A DNA stretch of 64,000 nt from Octopus bimaculoides. Lineage: Eukaryota. The notes under the pieces are model-generated. The model saw nothing but the letters and a program-made list of their open reading frames with translations, was not told the DNA's origin and made no database searches. How positions within the stretch are numbered: the stretch's first letter is position 1; every line of letters begins with the position of its first letter. A program made the translations under genes and the position numbers. Location: positions 22,264,811 to 22,328,810 of the forward strand of contig NC_068981.1 of NCBI RefSeq assembly GCF_001194135.2. The letters are read 5' to 3'. Shown in pieces: positions 23,204 through 38,088 of the stretch.

Positions 23204-25574
23204 CAGTGTCTATCATATGGGTCGGTCAAGTCATCACTTGTGCTGTTCAGACTTCCTGGAGAATAAAATTTTGGTAAGTTCTGCGAGAGCAAACTGAGAA
23301 AAGAGATTTTATAACAGCACAAAAGACAACTAAATGGATAATCTAACTCAGGGCAGAAGTAAATAGTATTCTGCAACTGGGGATGAACAGCCTGTAGTTT
23401 AAAAGGAACCGAATTACTCATCAAATATTGAATAAGTAATGCCCTAAAACTGCAAACTGCTGAAGTTCTCTTTGGTAGAAGGTGCAACAGTAGCATAGCT
23501 AGGGATTAGGATAACCAGTCCACTCCAGGGTGATACTTTTATGGGGAAGCTCATTTGGGGCTATAGCTACTGTATAAGTCTGTATAGGCCCCGCGGTGGG
23601 GTTTGGGTTAAGGCAAACTCAAGAGCTGCTCCTGACGGGACTGCCACTAGCTATGCCTCTTGGGCCCAAGTTTGTGGTCACATTACGCCTTCAAATACAT
23701 GTCTTCTCACCCACAAAAGATTATATTGCAGGAGACTAGCATGGGCTGCATAAGCCCCACCACAGCACTGTTACCAGTCATGTCTAAAGGTGTGTTCCTT
23801 CATCTACTTTCCGGTTCAAAACCCATTTTAGATAAATGCATCAAGGTTTGAGCCGCTATTGATTCTTCACAAAATTCTCTACTATATTTTATATCATTAC
23901 AAAAGAAAAGAAAAGAAAAGAAAAGAAAACGGAGTCAGGGCTAGGTAGGGTCAAAGGGCTTGTGACAATAAAGCTAACAGACCTTTTATTATTTAATCAG
24001 TATATATGTCTATAATAAAGGGTGCGCACGAAATTGAGTTGATGGCCATCACACATACACACACATAATATATATATTCGTATGCATATACATACATACA
24101 TATGTATGTATTTACGCACATAAACACACGCGCGTGCGTGATTAGAGTAAAACCAAAGTCAACTTTTCCTTGTAAATCCGTTAAATTACAGCGCGAAGAT
24201 TGCCTCATGTTCAGAAATAATACAACGCCCTTTGTCAGCATTTGAAAGATTAATGGGCGGCGAATTGGTAGAGTCGTTAGAAAGTATCCGACAAAATGCC
24301 TTGCGGTATTTATTCCCCGTTCCTTGCCTTCTGAGGTCACTTGAAAATTAAATTGTCGATGTTACACACACACACATGAAAACATACATATGCAAACATA
24401 CATACATACATACATACATACATACATACATACATANNNNNNNNNNNNNNNNNNNNNNNNNNNNNNNNNNNNNNNNNNNNNNNATATATATATATATATA
24501 TATATATACATTAATGCACACATACGTGCATATAGATTGATAGCTTCAGCTTCACACATATCTCATGTATGTGTGTATATGTGCGCGCGCGCGCAGAGAG
24601 AGTACGTATGATGTGTGTGTATACATATGTATGTGTATGTTTGTATCTCTGTTGTTTTCATCATTTTCGTATGGAGTTTTCGAAGTTTGTTAGATACAGT
24701 ACATCATCATCGTTTCTAGTCCTTCATAAAACGGATCTTCAGAATGTTACGAACATCATTTACTTTATACTGAGTAAATCAAAATAGTCAATTCTGCGGT
24801 TACTTACGTAAAAAAAATAAGATCGTAATTATTCAAGAAATGAATTGACCAAAGAAAAAGAAAAAAAAGAAGAAAAACAAAGAAGGAAAAAGGACTAAAT
24901 TAGGAATTCCATTGTAAAAGTCAAACTGGATTTACCTTTAGCACTTTATAGACTGGCATCTCGTGGTAATAGAGGAAATAATTCACAAATATTATCAAAT
25001 TTTGCAGAGTTTTATCGTATGAAGGTATTCATTTGAGCGCGGTTTGCGCTATTGAATTTGTTTTATTGTTACTCGCAGTTTTATGTTGAATAAAGCGCTC
25101 ACATTATGTGTCGTTCAATTCCACAATTTATTCAACATTAATATTGTTCTGTGATGCTGGTCTTATTGTAAACGAAAGCAGACCCCATTCATGGCAAGTT
25201 GGGGCTTCTCATAAATTATGTGTCAACAGAGGTTTACGAAACTTTCTCTGGATGTGCTTGTAGTGAAGCGTAGAATCGAAACCTTACAGCTTTAGTAACT
25301 AGGAGCAGACCATACTTAGGCCAGGCGACGTACCTTGAATACCAACTAGTCGGCTTGCAGAGATATCACCCCATATTATAGAATGTTCTATCTTTTTCCA
25401 CACACAAAAGCATCTGACTCAGCTAAAATAAATTGAGAATTTTACCGCATTACATTGTTAGCCCATTCATTTGGGGCAGCTATATTGATCACTCCGTACC
25501 TATCACCAAGATTCAACAAGATTCCAATATGTCATAGATTGAGTTTTTAAGAAAGAGAAACTAAATCTTATCTT

Positions 25575-25790
25575 TTACTTATTTCAGAATGTGGCCATGT
25601 TGGGGCACCACCTTGAAGAATCTTAGTCGAACGAATCAACCCCAGTACTCAATTTTTTAATGCCTGGTACTTATTCTAACAGTAACTTTTGCGGAACCGC
25701 TAAGTTACAGGGATGTAAACACGCAAACACCAGTTGTTGAGCGGTGATGCGAAAGAAACACAGACATAAAGACATACACACGCACATACA
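25575..25790 (-). mobile_element. SINE family B, 3' part
   Basis: Reverse complement of tgtttacatccctgtaacttagcggttccgcaaaag...aataagtaccagg...ggtggtgccccaacatggcc. Confidence 0.7.
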
Positions 25791-25794
25791 CGCA

Positions 25795-25830
<36 letters not shown>

Positions 25831-26659
25831 AACCGCCACGCTTTATTGCAGGTCAATTAAGGCGGTGCCCCAGCATGGCCACAGTCTAATGACTGAAACA
25901 CGTAAAACATAAAAAATAAAACATATTGAATATTAACCATTGTACAAACGTGAAACTTGGACCACTGACAGATCCTAGGTAGGTTCGTATACAGTGAACA
26001 TTTCAAGCGTATTGATAAGCTACATCCAAAAGTTATGGTGAGGCTGGAACAATTGGATTCGATCCTACATAGAAATCACAATTTGATTATGCGCGTAAAC
26101 CCAATCGTCCAATCAACGTCTGTTGTTCACGTGATAGTTCGGTGGCATGACTAGTACCTTCTATGAACACAGCCTACAAAATACAGCTCAAATGGGCGCC
26201 AAAACTCCAGATTGATTCGGTCCTTGGTGATATTCATTCTCCACACATACCTGCTTTTACAGCTTCATATTCAACCTGGAACGATCGAAGAAGACACCGT
26301 ATGGCAACAAGAATATATATTTATGTGTAGAAATTAACGCGAATGTTGAATTTCTGATGAGGACCTGCATTTGTTATATACGATGTTTCATCTGAATATT
26401 CCTTTTCTTGTATTGTTTGAACATCTATATTAATGTAGCAATAAATCATGTTCAGAAACATAAAGCAGCCGTACATTCTTGCTACAAGCTGATGTGACAT
26501 TCCCACATGGCTGCCAACCTACCGTAAGCAATTTTTCATAAATTTGTGCAAGCGATCTGTGATAATTTGGGTGTTTTCAATATTTTATTATTAGTGACAA
26601 TTGTTATACCTTACGGACTTATTTCATCTGGCTCCATAATCTATGGCGCTCGGTCTCAT

Positions 26660-26752
26660 TCTTAAAACGGCCGCATAAGACGCAAGATAATTTTGAGATA
26701 CATTAAAAATATTTTAAAAAGTGCATCTTATGCGCCTGTAAATACAATACTC
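26660..26752. mobile_element. pogo/Tigger-like terminal fragment
   Basis: gcataagacgca...gtgcatcttatgcgcctgtaaatac resembles the subterminal inverted ATAAGACGCA/TGCGTCTTAT ends of pogo-like elements; no partner end found. Confidence 0.3.
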
Positions 26753-28426
26753 GTTTGCATTACATTGTGAGATTTAAAAACATGCCATATTCCGTAGAGA
26801 ATGTCTGACAGGCAGTTGGTTCGTGTATGAAAACACGCATGAAAAACCAAAATTTTACCAACCAGACAAAAGCCATCTCGTAAAGGCTACTCAGCCTTTT
26901 AAGCGGTCAAACATCAACTTCAAAGTCTTCTTTCTAGTATTGACATGAATCGATATTTTCTAAATATCGTGGTTGAATATTTCAATTTGGCTTTTTGTAT
27001 TTCCTTGTGCAAACATGACTGTTTCAACAATCATTGCTTTTACCAGCTATTTCCTATTTTTGCTATTCTGGCTTAAATTCGCTCCAATCGTGGGGCTTCT
27101 TTATGAATCGAGAAGTATTTGTATTTCTCACTAACAAAGGGATTTCATGTAGTTGAGCCACTGTTTTATAAGCTTCATGGCAATGGAAAATGGGTGAGTG
27201 TCAATGAGATAATTCGTTCAACAACCACAATGGCTTTAACATCACATGGTTTGTCTATTCAGTTCATGGCGAGTTTTTCTTGTTGACGCTGGCCACTCAT
27301 TTCCGTCGTTATTGTTTACGGCAACCAGCGCTTACTCTTACGAGAGAGTTTTGAATTATTCTCATCGTTCTTCTCCTAGGACCTTAGTGCTTTTGTGGTT
27401 GTGTAATCCTGGGCCACTTCTATTGAAGCGTCACATATGTGCGAAGAAAATAAATCCTTTTGTTAATGTGCAGCTCTTCCAGGTGAACCTCCATTTCATT
27501 CATGTTTGCTATTCTGATAAAGAAAGTACAGTGTCTGTAAAACATTTAGCGCCAGCACAAACTACCAAGAACGAGACTCAAACACTATCTCGGTAAAAAT
27601 AGACGGAAATGAGAAATTGACTACATAAAGCACCGACGCTGGCTTCAAAGATAGTTCACAATTGTAGAGTTTCAAACAACTCCTGTTCTGAAGTGATATG
27701 AACGTTTCTGGTGTTATCTTAATCGTTTAAATTTGTGAATTGAAAACATTATCATAAGAGGAATAATGTTATGAAAATGATTTACTGTGAGCTACGAATA
27801 ATTATAAATTACTTATTACTTATTACTAGCGCGAAGGAATTCATAATGAACTAACCGAAACAATAGACTAAATTAATCATTCTATTAAAACAGAACAGAT
27901 TCGCCTTTAGCACTTTATGGACCAACGTTACATGCACTTTCTTGATGATAGAAGAAATCACCTACGAAGATTAAGCTTTGCTGAGCTTCGTCGTACGCAT
28001 GTAGGTATTTGTAGTTATTTGCCTGGTGTCTGTGCAATCGCATGTTATATTACTGTTACAATTTCATGCTGAATAAAACTTTCAGAGTAGATGTCATTCA
28101 ATTTTGCAACAGTGGTGTTGGCAAGAGTTGATGCTTCTTTATAGTAGATAACACCAATGTGACTAGTGTACATATTAACCCCTGAACATAGATTTTTTTT
28201 TACCGAATTAGTTTATACATCATGATTCAGGTATTTATTTTTATTTAGGAATATTGCATACTGTAGATGTATTTATTTTAGAATTGTGCTGTTTTATTAG
28301 TATTGCGTCCATCATTAATATTCTAATTTTGTGGGGAATTTTGTATAGTATATATATGTTGTTTACTAAGGTTTTCCTACCTATTGTGTGAGTGTGTATG
28401 TGTGTGTGTGTGTGTGTGTTGTGTAG

Positions 28427-28660
28427 TTCGGTGGAGGCACATTGGACTCACGATCGCAAGATTCTGGTTTCGATTCCTGGACTGGGCGACGCATTGTGTT
28501 CTTGAGCAAAGCACTTCATTTCACGTTGCTCTAGCCCACACAGCTGGCAAAAATGAATAATCCTATGACGGACCGGTGTCCTGCCTAGGTGAGGGAATAC
28601 ATACGCCATGAAACCGGGAAACCGACCCTAATGAGTCGGCATGACTCGAAAAGGTAACTG
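28427..28660 (+). mobile_element. SINE family E
   Basis: tRNA-like head (ggtttcgattcctgg), central ttcttgagcaaagcacttcatttcacgttgctc, 3' gaaaccgggaaaccg; homologous to 1545-1750. Confidence 0.6.
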
Positions 28661-28686
28661 TACCATTTTGTGTAGTGCCTTGCGTC

Positions 28687-29028
28687 GAAGCGCAATGGCC
28701 CAGTGGTTAGGGCAGCGGACTCGCGGTCGTAGGATCGCGGTTTCGATTCTCAGACAGGGCATTGTGAGTGTTTATTGAGCGAAAACACCTAAAGCTCCAC
28801 GAGGCTCCGGCAGGAGATGGTGGCGAACCCTGCTGTACTCTTTCACCACAACTTTCTCTCACTCTTACTTCCTGTTTCTGTTGTGCCTGTAATTCAAAGG
28901 GTCAGTCTTGTCGCACTGTGTCACGCTGAATATCCCCGAGAACTATGTTAAGGGTACACGTGTCTGTGGAGTGCTCAGCCACTTGCACGTTAAGTTCACG
29001 AGCAGGCTATTCTGTTGATCGGATCAAC
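28687..29028 (+). mobile_element. tRNA-derived SINE family D, cut by gap
   Basis: gcgcaatggcccagtggttagggcagcggactcgcgg...; near-identical to 60292-60663. Confidence 0.85.
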
Positions 29029-32000
29029 NNNNNNNNNNNNNNNNNNNNNNNNNNNNNNNNNNNNNNNNNNNNNNNNNNNNNNNNNNNNNNNNNNNNNNNN
29101 NNNNNNNNNNNNNNNNNNNNNNNNNNNNNNNNNNNNNNNNNNNNNNNNNNNNNNNNNNNNNNNNNNNNNNNNNNNNNNNNNNNNNNNNNNNNNNNNNNNN
29201 NNTACTTGAATGGCTAACATAACAGTTAAAGTCATGAAGTTTACAACTTTCATGTTTGCAATTGAATTTATAAATAACACTGGTCATAAGCAGCTTGTTC
29301 ATAGGTTTAAAATGCTTGTGGTTTGTTATTAGCTAAGAAAGTGTTAAATAAAGTATTTTCGTAGTATATTATAGTGTTACTTTAAGGTTTGAGTACATGT
29401 TCTGTTTTATGAGGTTCCTGATACTGTTCAACAATTTTATAGTTAGTAGGCATTTGATTAATATCATACACATTATGTTTGGTTTATGTATTTTACTGAA
29501 TTTAATGGACTTATTGCGCTGTTTTGTGCCTGTATTGTGCTATGGCTAGGTTATTTGGTTTGTTAAAACAGCTGCTGTTTATTCTATGAATTTCATTATC
29601 TAGTCACTAGATTCTTGTGTTTCGTTTGAGGAGAATATTCATGCTTTATAAGTAGGAATTTTACCAAAGGCATTTTGTATCTACGCGGACATTCGCAGTC
29701 TCAAGTATATGCATTTATTTGCGTCTTTAGAGCAGACATGATATATGCGCGCGCGTGTGTATTTCTATTTGCATACCTCTATCTATCTATCTATCTATCT
29801 GTCTGTCTGTCTGTCTGTCTGCCTGTCTCTCTGCCTGCCTGCCTATCCGTCTGTGTTATTTTATATTTGAATGTGTATGTTTACAAGTCATTGTTTTGTT
29901 AGAAGTAATATTTGTATTTTTCTCAGTTATTTCCATGGTATCCATTACGAGTATATTGCCTACATGACCGATGTATATCGTTTCTTGATTTATCAGTTCA
30001 TCTCTACTACTGTTGACACGGAAGATGCGAATGATGGTCTTCCGGGAGATATCATGGCTACTGCTTCTTTTTGCTTATACATTTTACCTGACAAGAAAAG
30101 GATACTGCTGTTGCGCCAAACAAATAATTTTTTCTTCAGTATGTTAGCTAATATCGTGGGTGGATTTATTATTGGACGTTTATATACATAATTTTATAAG
30201 AATACTATTGTTCTGCTACGGGAAGAATAGCGTTCAGATTTTCTACGTTTTAAGTGTAGATAATGCCTGTGACGATTTCTTCTAAGAACTCTGTGGATAA
30301 CCATAGACTGTATCACTCTAGTATGTAACATTTGATAATGTTATCCAATCGTTCATTGATCTTTTGTGTTGGTGTATTTATTTGAGTAATAAAGGGTGGG
30401 GAGGGGTTGTTTTATTATGTATTTTTACTGATCTGTAGATGTGCTAGGGTGAATTATTCCCTTTGTGCGTTTATAGCTGTAATTTTCCAGGTTCGGGCAT
30501 TTTTCCAAGTCGTTGTAGATGTCGGTGAACTGTTGAATAGCTTGAATTCAGCTTTTAGCATAAACCTTCAACTGTAACAGCACTATTTTGATCAAGTTCT
30601 AAGAAAAGCAGGTCTATTTGTGAAGAATCTGTTACGCTGAAATCNNNNNNNNNNNNNNNNNNNNNNNNNNNNNNNNNNNNNNNNNNNNNNNNNNNNNNNN
30701 NNNNNNNNNNNNNNNNNNNNNNNNNNNNNNNNNNNNNNNNNNNNNNNNNNNNNNNNNNNNNNNNNNNNNNNNNNNNNNNNNNNNNNNNNNNNNNNNNNNN
30801 NNNNNNNNNNNNNNNNNNNNNNNNNNNNNNNNNNNNNNNNNNNNNNNNNNNNNNNNNNNNNNNNNNNNNNNNNNNNNNNNNNNNNNNNNNNNNNNNNNNN
30901 NNNNNNTAACAAAGTTATCCAATTTACACTTATCAAATTTCAGATATGGCTTAAAGGATGACTTGATACCATCGTACGCACACACACACACACACACACC
31001 AGATTTATACCTGTAATTATTGGAGCCCTGGGATATGTTACACACTGCCTAAATACCAATCTTGAGAAATTAGGCTTCTCAAAACCAGAAAGGGGGGAAC
31101 TAATTCGAAGACTACAGATCCAATCCATCACTGGAACTGTAAAAATGCGTAAAACTTTCTAGAAGTTTAACATTTAAATCTATATGAGCATGTCTAGATA
31201 TGCAACTATATGCATGAGAATACATACATAAAGCAAAACATACAAATCTGCACGCGTACATACATACATACATACAAACATACATACATATATACATACA
31301 TACATACATACATGGTGGTTGTCTACTCTTTATGCAGAGTTTGACCACCTCCTGTACCTACACCTTAGACCCATTATGGCATCTGATGTGGCTTTTTAAG
31401 GTAAGACAAATGCATATAATTCGTGGACTGGCGTGATGATTCATCTCCGGTCCTGTTCGGTTAAGTGATATTGAAAAGCTACAAAAATGGCGAAACATCG
31501 ATGTCCATCGCTCCTAGATGGGATTAGAGATGAGTTATCTCGCCTATCTGTGACTTTCAGGTGTCTTAACACCTGACGTTTTGAGAGAGTATTCTCCACC
31601 ACCGATTCGCAGCCTACCGGCAAATACAAGTGGTTTGTTACATTAGTGCTGCTTCTATTTCATGTTTGAATATATATATATATATATATATATGGATCAA
31701 AACCATACATATAACTCTTGATTCATATATTTAACACTCAATGTGTTGAGTGCCCTTCTTTCGTTTGTCCACACACATACACACAAACATACACGCACGC
31801 ACGCACACATATATGTATATAGGTATAGAAATTGTGATGATATTTGATCGGTAGCTGATGAGGGATCGAATATTCTTATGTTTATTATGTTTTTCCTGTT
31901 ATTCTGTCTGACCCTTTGTAGTCCTCCTGTGCTATATTTCAACACACACACACACACACACATGCATACACAACCCTTTTTTCTTATTACATTAGACACT

Positions 32001-32399
32001 GCAGTACTCCGGGTTACAATCTTAATGGGTATAGCCGATCAAGTCGGCTCCAGTACTTAAGTTTTAAAACCTGGAACTTATTCTGTATATTTGCTGAATT
32101 ACATAGACATAGCATCGTTTGTCAAGCGGTAAGAGACAAATACCGTCACACACTCACACGCTCATGTACATATATTTATATGCAACGGGCTTCTCTACTA
32201 TCTCCGTCAACTATATTTATTCACAGAGTGTTAGTCGTCCTAGGGTTAGAGTAGAAGACAGTTGCTCAATGTGCCATGCAACAGGATTGAACTCAAAATT
32301 GTGTTATTGCGAAGTGAACATCTTAACCATACAACCACCTACCCCTCTCTCTCTACTCTCACTTACTCTCTTAATGCACACATATGTATTTGACTCTGT

Positions 32400-32412
32400 G
32401 TGTATGTACATG

Positions 32413-32495
<83 letters not shown>

Positions 32496-32665
32496 GTATA
32501 GATAGATAGGTAGTTAGATATATAGATATATCTTATATCCGTACGCACGCATATATATATGCATATACACGCATAAATAATACATACATACATACATACA
32601 TACACACATACATACATATATATATATATATACATACATATATATATGTATATATATATATATAT

Positions 32666-32714
<49 letters not shown>

Positions 32715-32890
32715 TATATGCATATACAAAAATCCATACATACACATTCAAATCCCTAAACAAAAACAGTGTTTATATGTTTACGTATGTTTGTATGCAT
32801 GTGTGCGTATATGTGTATATATGTGTATGTAAACATACAGAGATACATACACCTGTACACGCTTATACACATACGCACACACTCACAGAC
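32400..32890. repeat. Compound (TA)n/(CATA)n/(CA)n microsatellite block
   Basis: Direct reading. Confidence 0.95.
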
Positions 32891-33339
32891 ATACGTATAC
32901 ACACATGCGCGCGCTAGTTTCCTTATCATTGCTTCGACTAACATTTAATTAGAAAGAAACTATAAAATGTCATACATCTATGATATGAACAGTAATTCGG
33001 TTTCCTCCGGTAAAATATTGATTCTTTTTTCTTTTAAATTCTTGTATTAAGCAAAAGTTTTAAGTTTTAGGAGTGTTTATAATACAGACATATGAATCGA
33101 CTCCAATGACAGTTTACAGTGACCTCCATAAGGTTTTAGACTGGAAGGACAGAGGATCTAAACTAACTGAAAGCTATAAAAGAAATTGTTGGATTCGTTT
33201 TAAGATTTGTTTCATCCTTGTTGTTTTTTAAGTGTTATGATACGGCTGCTATTTCTAGCAGGTTCATCCTTGTTGTTTTTTTAAATGTTAAGATATGGCT
33301 GCTATTTCTAGCAGGTCGACAGACAAACGTTTCATCTTC

Positions 33340-33557
33340 TTATTTCCTTATTGCCCACGAGGGGCTAAACATAGAGGTGACAAACGGATTAAGTCGATTA
33401 CATCGACCCCAGTGCGTAACTGGTACTTAATTTATCGATCCCGAAAGGAGGAAAGGCAAAGTCGACCTCGGCGGAATTTGAACTCAGACGTAACGGCAGA
33501 CGAAACACCACGAAGCATTTCGCCCGGCGTGCTAACGCTTCTGCCAGCTCGCCGCCT
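33340..33557 (-). mobile_element. SINE family A, full-length, alternative tail, with TSD
   Basis: Head ggcggcgagctggcagaagcgttagcacgccggg; flanking direct repeat aacgtttcatcttc (33326-33339 and 33563-33576). Confidence 0.85.
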
Positions 33558-34238
33558 GACAGAACGTTTCATCTTCGTTGTGTATGTGCCCTACTCACAG
33601 AGACTAACGGGTGCAACTTCCGCTATGTCGGTAACAGAGGCTTCCGATTGGCTAACATTACATTATTTCAAATGCATATAGCCTTTTTCTATCTTTTCAG
33701 GGTCGATGAAATAAGTAGCAGTTGAGCATTAGGGTCGATGTAATCGACTCCCCCTCTCCCCAAATTTCAGGCCTTGTGCCTATAATAGCAAGAATTATTA
33801 ATGTTAAAAAAAAAAAAAAAAATGAACGTGATTTTCGTCTTCAGCATGCATCGGTGTAGAAAATTTGAAAATGATCTGAAGAAGAATTGAGATATTTCAA
33901 GCAGTTGGAAGAAATTTTACAAGATCCATTGGATAAAGGCTGCCTTCAGGACAGTCTTCATCAAACAGATCTAAGAATAAAACTTTTCATACCGTAACCA
34001 TCCCATACGTTTAGGTTTTTCCTTTGTACTCTGCACTACAGTATTTAGTATGGCCTTTTGTTTTTTAAAGAAGGTAGGTTGCGATTTTATGGACATTGGC
34101 TGCTATTTCTAGCAGTTCAAACGACGCTAACCTTGTGATTGTATATCCCCCCACCAAGAAAACCTTGGCCAAGAAGACCTATTATGGAAGGCGTTCTAAC
34201 CGTTGCAATATCTTCTTTTATATTAAAGTCAACATCCA

Positions 34239-34633
34239 GGCGCAGGAGTGGCTGTGTGGTAAGTAGCTTGCTTATCAACCACATGGTTCCGGGTTCAGTC
34301 CAACTGCGCGGCACTTTGGGCAAGTGTCTTCTACTATATATCCTCGGGCCGACCAAAGCCTTGTGAGTGGATTTGGTAGACGGAAACTGAAAGAAGACCG
34401 TCGTATATATGTATATGTATGTGTGTTTGTCCCCCCAACATCGCTTGACAACCGATGCTGGTGTGTTTACGTCCCCGTAACTTAGCGGTTCGGCAAAAGA
34501 GACCGATAGAATAAGTACTAGACTTACAAATGTTGTTTGTGAACAAGTCCTGGGGTCGATTTGCTCGACTAAAAGCAGTGCTCCAGCATGGCAGCAGTCA
34601 AATGACTGAAACAAGTAAAAGAGTAAAAGAGTA
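34239..34633 (+). mobile_element. tRNA-derived SINE family B, full-length
   Basis: ggcgcaggagtggctgtgtggtaagtagcttgct..ccgggttcagtcc..gcactttgggcaagtgtcttctacta..; homologous to 52247-52650. Confidence 0.85.
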
Positions 34634-35633
34634 TTCCCCAAATGAGAAAAAATTATAGGTGAAATAATCGTCAAAGATGATTTGACCCACAGAGGTTTTG
34701 CAAAGTCATCTAAATTCATCACAATGCTGGAAACCTTTCTGTATCGCCAGTAAGTATCTCAGGATCACAAGCATTTCGCCCCTCGTTTTGTACGCCTCAC
34801 CTGAGTGGAGCAGCAAAGACTGAGCTAGTCTTCACCGAGAGAAGGGTTCCACTTGCGGTCTCTTATCAACCTAGCCATCTTGGGCTAGTTTCAGCTTCCG
34901 TGCCTATTTCCTTCATGGCTTTCTTCTTTTTATTATTATAGCCAAAATGCTTAGCGGTATTTCTTACAGCTCTTTGTGTTCTAAGATTTCATTGGATAGA
35001 GAAAACCAAAAGCCTCCCGGTTGCCCTTGGCATTCGTGGTGATCCAACATCTTTGTGGTATCACCTATTGAGGATTTTNNNNNNNNNNNNNNNNNNNNNN
35101 NNNNNNNNNNNNNNNNNNNNNNNNNNNNNNNNNNNNNNNNNNNNNNNNNNNNNNNNNNNNNNNNNNNNNNNNNNNNNNNNNNNNNNNNNNNNNNNNNNNN
35201 NNNNNNNNNNNNNNNNNNNNNNNNNNNNNNNNNNNNNNNNNNNNNNNNNNNNNNNNNNNNNNNNNNNNNNNNNNNNNNNNNNNNNNNNNNNNNNNNNNNN
35301 NNNNNNNNNNNNNNNNNNNNNNNNNNNNNNNNNNNNNNNNNNNNNNNNNNNNNNNNNNNNNNNNNNNNNNNNNNNNNNNNNNNNNNNNNNNNNNNNNNNN
35401 NNNNNNNNNNNNNNNNNNNNNNNNNNNNNNNNNNNNNNNNNNNNNNNNNNNNNNNNNNNNNNNNNNNNNNNNNNNNNNNNNNNNNNNNNNNNNNNNNNNN
35501 GGTTCTCTAAATATGTACGATATATTTTAAGGCTAAATACTTATTCTGTTTACGTTTGCGTAACTGAGATATTTTGGTTGGACTATATAATATAATTATC
35601 AGTTTTATATTCTGTAACTGTCGCAATATACTT

Positions 35634-35815
35634 TTCTACTATAGGCACAAGTCCTGAAATTTTTGAGGGGAGGGGGCCATCGATTTAATTTATCGACCCC
35701 GAAAGGATAAAAAGCAAAGTTGACCTCGGCAGAATTTGAACTCAGAACGCAAAGACAGACGAAATGCTGCTAAGCATTTTGCCCGGCACGCTAACGATTC
35801 TGCCAGCTCGCCGCC
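35634..35815 (-). mobile_element. SINE family A with internal deletion
   Basis: Ends ...ctgccagctcgccgcc on the + strand; lacks the central aagtaccag..gtcgat block. Confidence 0.8.
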
Positions 35816-36729
35816 TTTAACCTTCACTATATAGAAACATTTCTCATGGCACCAGCACACAATTTACAGATGCGTACGTTTTTACTATTTTCCGTGAATT
35901 TTTCACGAGTCCTGCTAGTTATTATTATTATTATCATCATTATTATAATTATTATTATTATCAAAGCAGAAAGTTGGCAACTTTGATAAGTAAATTCAAC
36001 ACCATTTTTTCATTTGCATTTCAAACCAAACTTTTAGTGATAAACCATACCGAGCACTTATAGTACGTACCTATTACATTACGTCATTGACAATGTACTC
36101 TCTCTCCCCCTCTCTCTCTCCATATATATACATACACACGCACATACGCTCACATGCTGGCCCTTATAGTCACTCTATCACCACTAAATACCACCCATTT
36201 AAACATAACTAACACAAACGCGCTTAAATGCTCATACACTCGCGTACTCACACATATACAGATTAATAAATGTGTGAAAAATAACATGTGAATAAACTAC
36301 ACTGTTAAGCACACACATTTTATGATTAATATATTAGTCTGTATATACTAAATTCACAAATGCACACAGCAAACTTAGACACATACATCACAAAGTTGCA
36401 CTTCCTGCTACTCTTGAACTTATGAAGCCTCATTCCTTCTTAGTCACTTGCAGTCATTGAACCTCAGCTATTTTCACAGAATAACATATTTCTCCTTTAC
36501 TCCCCCATTTTTTCCCTTCATCTCTACCCTTACTTTTTCTGAAAAGGAGTTTCAGTTTGAAACTCTAATGACGCTTCCATTTTCTTAATACCTTACTGAG
36601 CGTTGAACATCCTTGTGAGATTTACAAATAGTAATTTTCTAAGTTGAACATCTTGTTTTCACTTTACCTTCTATATTGTTATCTTGTCATTAGTTACGAA
36701 TATATACATATACATACATATATATACAT

Positions 36730-36805
<76 letters not shown>

Positions 36806-38036
36806 NNNNNNNNNNNNNNNNNNNNNNNNNNNNNNNNNNNNNNNNNNNNNNNNNNNNNNNNNNNNNNNNNNNNNNNNNNNNNNNNNNNNNNNNNNNNNNN
36901 NNNNNNNNNNNNNNNNNNNNNNNNNNNNNNNNNNNNNNNNNNNNNNNNNNNNNNNNNNNNNNNNNNNNNNNNNNNNNNNNNNNNNNNNNNNNNNNNNNNN
37001 NNNNNNNNNNNNNNNNNNNNNNNNNNNNNNNNNNNNNNNNNNNNNNNNNNNNNNNNNNNNNNNNNNNNNNNNNNNNNNNNNNNNNNNNNNNNNNNNNNNN
37101 NNNNNNNNNNNNNNNNNNNNNNNNNNNNNNNNNNNNNNNNNNNNNNNNNNNNNNNNNNNNNNNNNNNNNNNNNNNNNNNNNNNNNNNNNNNNNNNNNNNN
37201 NNNNNNNNNNNNNNNNNNNNNNNNNNNNNNNNNNNNNNNNNNNNNNNNNNNNNNNNNNNNNNNNNNNNNNNNNNNNNNNNNNNNNNNNNNNNNNNNNNNN
37301 NNNNNNNNNNNNNNNNNNNNNNNNNNNNNNNNNNNNNNNNNNNNNNNNNNNNNNNNNNNNNNNNNNNNNNNNNNNNNNNNNNNNNNNNNNNNNNNNNNNN
37401 NNNNNNNNNNNNNNNNNNNNNNNNNNNNNNNNNNNNNNNNNNNNNNNNNNNNNNNNNNNNNNNNNNNNNNNNNNNNNNNNNNNNNNNNNNNNNNNNNNNN
37501 NNNNNNNNNNNNNNNNNNNNNNNNNNNNNNNNNNNNNNNNNNNNNNNNNNNNNNNNNNNNNNNNNNNNNNNNNNNNNNNNNNNNNNNNNNNNNNNNNNNN
37601 NNNNNNNNNNNNNNNNNNNNNNNNNNNNNNNNNNNNNNNNNNNNNNNNNNNNNNNNNCATAATAAGTCCAAGACTTAAAAGGTTAAGTACTGGGGTCAAT
37701 TTGTTCGTTAAATCCTTGAAGGCGGTGCCCAAGAATGGCCGCAGTCCAATGACTGCAACTGATAAAAGATAAAAGAGTCATGTATACATACGTGTACATC
37801 AGTTAATTTTCTTCGTTCATGCTTAAGACAAATTAACGCTTTGTTCAAGAAGAATGTTGACCTTCAGAACTAGTCAGAGCAGCAAAATAAATCAGATATT
37901 TACTGAGACGAGCAGAACACCGAGGACATGATGATTGAAAAAAAAAAAAAAATCATCCATATTCTGTTCTTAGATTCAGAGCTGTTTGTGTCGTTGTACA
38001 TTTGAGATAACATAATAGAACGAAGATTAACACTAT

Positions 38037-38037
<1 letters not shown>

Positions 38038-38082
<45 letters not shown>
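38038..38082. repeat. (TAA)n microsatellite
   Basis: Direct reading. Confidence 0.95.

Positions 38083-38088
<6 letters not shown>

Noticed and set aside
26800-27500. Possible pogo/CENP-B-type transposase remnant on the minus strand
   Set aside because: Motifs too degraded, and orientation conflicts with the nearby terminal fragment.
28687-28760. tRNA gene (also 40982-41052 and 60294-60350)
   Set aside because: Acceptor and T stems are broken and each continues into a repeat body; these are SINE heads, not tRNAs.
34117-34722. 201-aa minus-strand ORF
   Set aside because: Antisense reading of a family B SINE; similar peptides recur at other copies.
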